The notes under the pieces are model-generated. The model saw nothing but the letters and a program-made list of their open reading frames with translations, was not told where the DNA came from and did not search any database. 64,000 nt of DNA, from NCBI RefSeq assembly GCF_028641065.1, contig NC_073377.1, positions 31,744,001-31,808,000 on the forward strand, given 5' to 3'. Origin of the DNA: Leucoraja erinacea (lineage: Eukaryota). The position numbers and the translations under genes were made by a program. This document shows, piece after piece, positions 62,613 through 64,000 of this stretch (its first letter is position 1; the number at the start of each line of letters is the position of its first letter).

Positions 62613-63401
62613 TGTTGAAATAGAGCGATACTTTCTTCCTCAGATATTTTTCTTCACAATCTACAACTGAGTTGTTGACGCAGAGATTCTTATGACTGCA
62701 TGAAGTTCAGGGAGGCAACAGAGTTCTACAGACCCATCAAAATATTCAGAAGTATCTCACATTGATCTATTTCATATAATTTTGCTATTCAGTATGGGGA
62801 AATTATTTAGCTAAAAATATTTTGTTCAGCAATGAAGATGACGAAATGGATGAAATGGAATGGGTAAGGGTGACATATTGCCAAATAGACTAGTGATTAA
62901 TTATTAATTGACTGAACTTTCATTAAAATAGTCCACAAAAATGCCTCATTTTTTCCAATTAATCACTTTTTGAACATCATTTTCAGCCCAATTGACACTA
63001 CCTTCCACAAACTGTCTTGACTACATCTTTCCACCAGCAACATTTATATTTCTTTTCTTGCAATATTTGACAAGTTTATTTCTCTGTTTTTGCTCCTTGA
63101 CACTTGTCTTTGGTGAAGATATATGTAGTGTGGCAGCTTTCCCTTAATCGTGTCATTTATGTGATAGCTGCAGGAAGCCAACGTGTCTCTGTTGCTGCAC
63201 CTCAGTGTTAGGTCATGAAATGATTTTGTAACAAATGATGGCAGTTCAGCTCTGCAATGACTAGCTACTTTTTCCCACTCTCTGCCACTTCTATGAATGG
63301 ATTAGGGTGTATTAGCTGCAGGGAGAGGGTGGATAGACTTGGATTGTTTTCTCTGGAATGCTGAGGTGTGTGTGGACACCAGATAGAAGTATATACCATT
63401 A

Positions 63402-64000
63402 CTAGACCAAGTGCAGACCCGTTGGGGTCTGTTCCCCAACGTGCGGTTGTGGGGGGGGGAGGCGGCATGCAGCGTCTCACACACACTAACTATCCCCCCC
63501 CCCCCCGCACTCACGCTAATTACCACCCTTGATATTATATTAATATTATTAATTTGCTCCTTTGGATCAGTCAACCATTCGGGACCTTGTCAAATGCCTT
63601 ACTAAAGTCCATGCACACCACATCCACTGAAGAGAGGAGGGGGAGAGGGGGGGGGGGGGGAGAGGGGAGAGAGGAGAGGGGGAGAGAGGGGGAACAGAGA
63701 GAATGGGGGGGAGGAGAGAGGGGGGGGGGGGTGAGGAGAGAGAGGGGGGAGGAGGAGAGAGGGGGGGAGAGGAGATATGGGGGAGAGGAGAGAGGAGGGG
63801 GGAGAGGGGGGGGGAGAGGAGAAGGGGGGAGAGGAGAAGGGGGGGAGGAGAAGAGGGGGGGGAGAGGAGAGAGGGGGGGGAGAGGAGAGGGGGGAGGAGA
63901 GGAGAGGGGGGGGGGGAGTGGAGATAGGGGGCGGGGGAGCGGGGAAGAGAGGAGGAGAGAGGGGGGAGAGGAGAGAGCTGAGGGGGGGGGGAGTGCAGAG
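63402..64000 (-). mobile_element. 3' part of a non-autonomous Helitron (same family as 20881-22243), runs off the window
   Basis: Minus strand ends cagaccccaacgggtctgcacttggtctag|t; polypurine tract 63630-64000; a CR1 piece replaces about 63563-63630. Confidence 0.85.

Overview
Non-coding, repeat-dense eukaryotic DNA. The repeat complement (HER1-like CR1 LINEs, HE1-like V-SINEs) points to a cartilaginous fish, probably a skate or ray; this is an inference. No intact host gene can be recognised, only a few weak candidate exons. The window is a transposon graveyard. It holds many 5'-truncated CR1 LINEs, Rex1/Babar, RTE, Vingi-like and Hero-like LINE fragments, tRNA-derived V-SINEs, and Penelope-like (GIY-YIG) elements whose short derivatives carry minimal hammerhead-ribozyme-like motifs. 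It also holds at least four non-autonomous Helitrons, PIF/Harbinger MITEs with a fossil Harbinger transposase, a Tc1/mariner-type MITE, a Zisupton-like element and three solo-LTR-like elements. Several multi-level nested insertions are present, as is a local tandem duplication that shows filled and empty insertion sites side by side. All calls come from reading the sequence by eye; boundaries of degraded elements are approximate.
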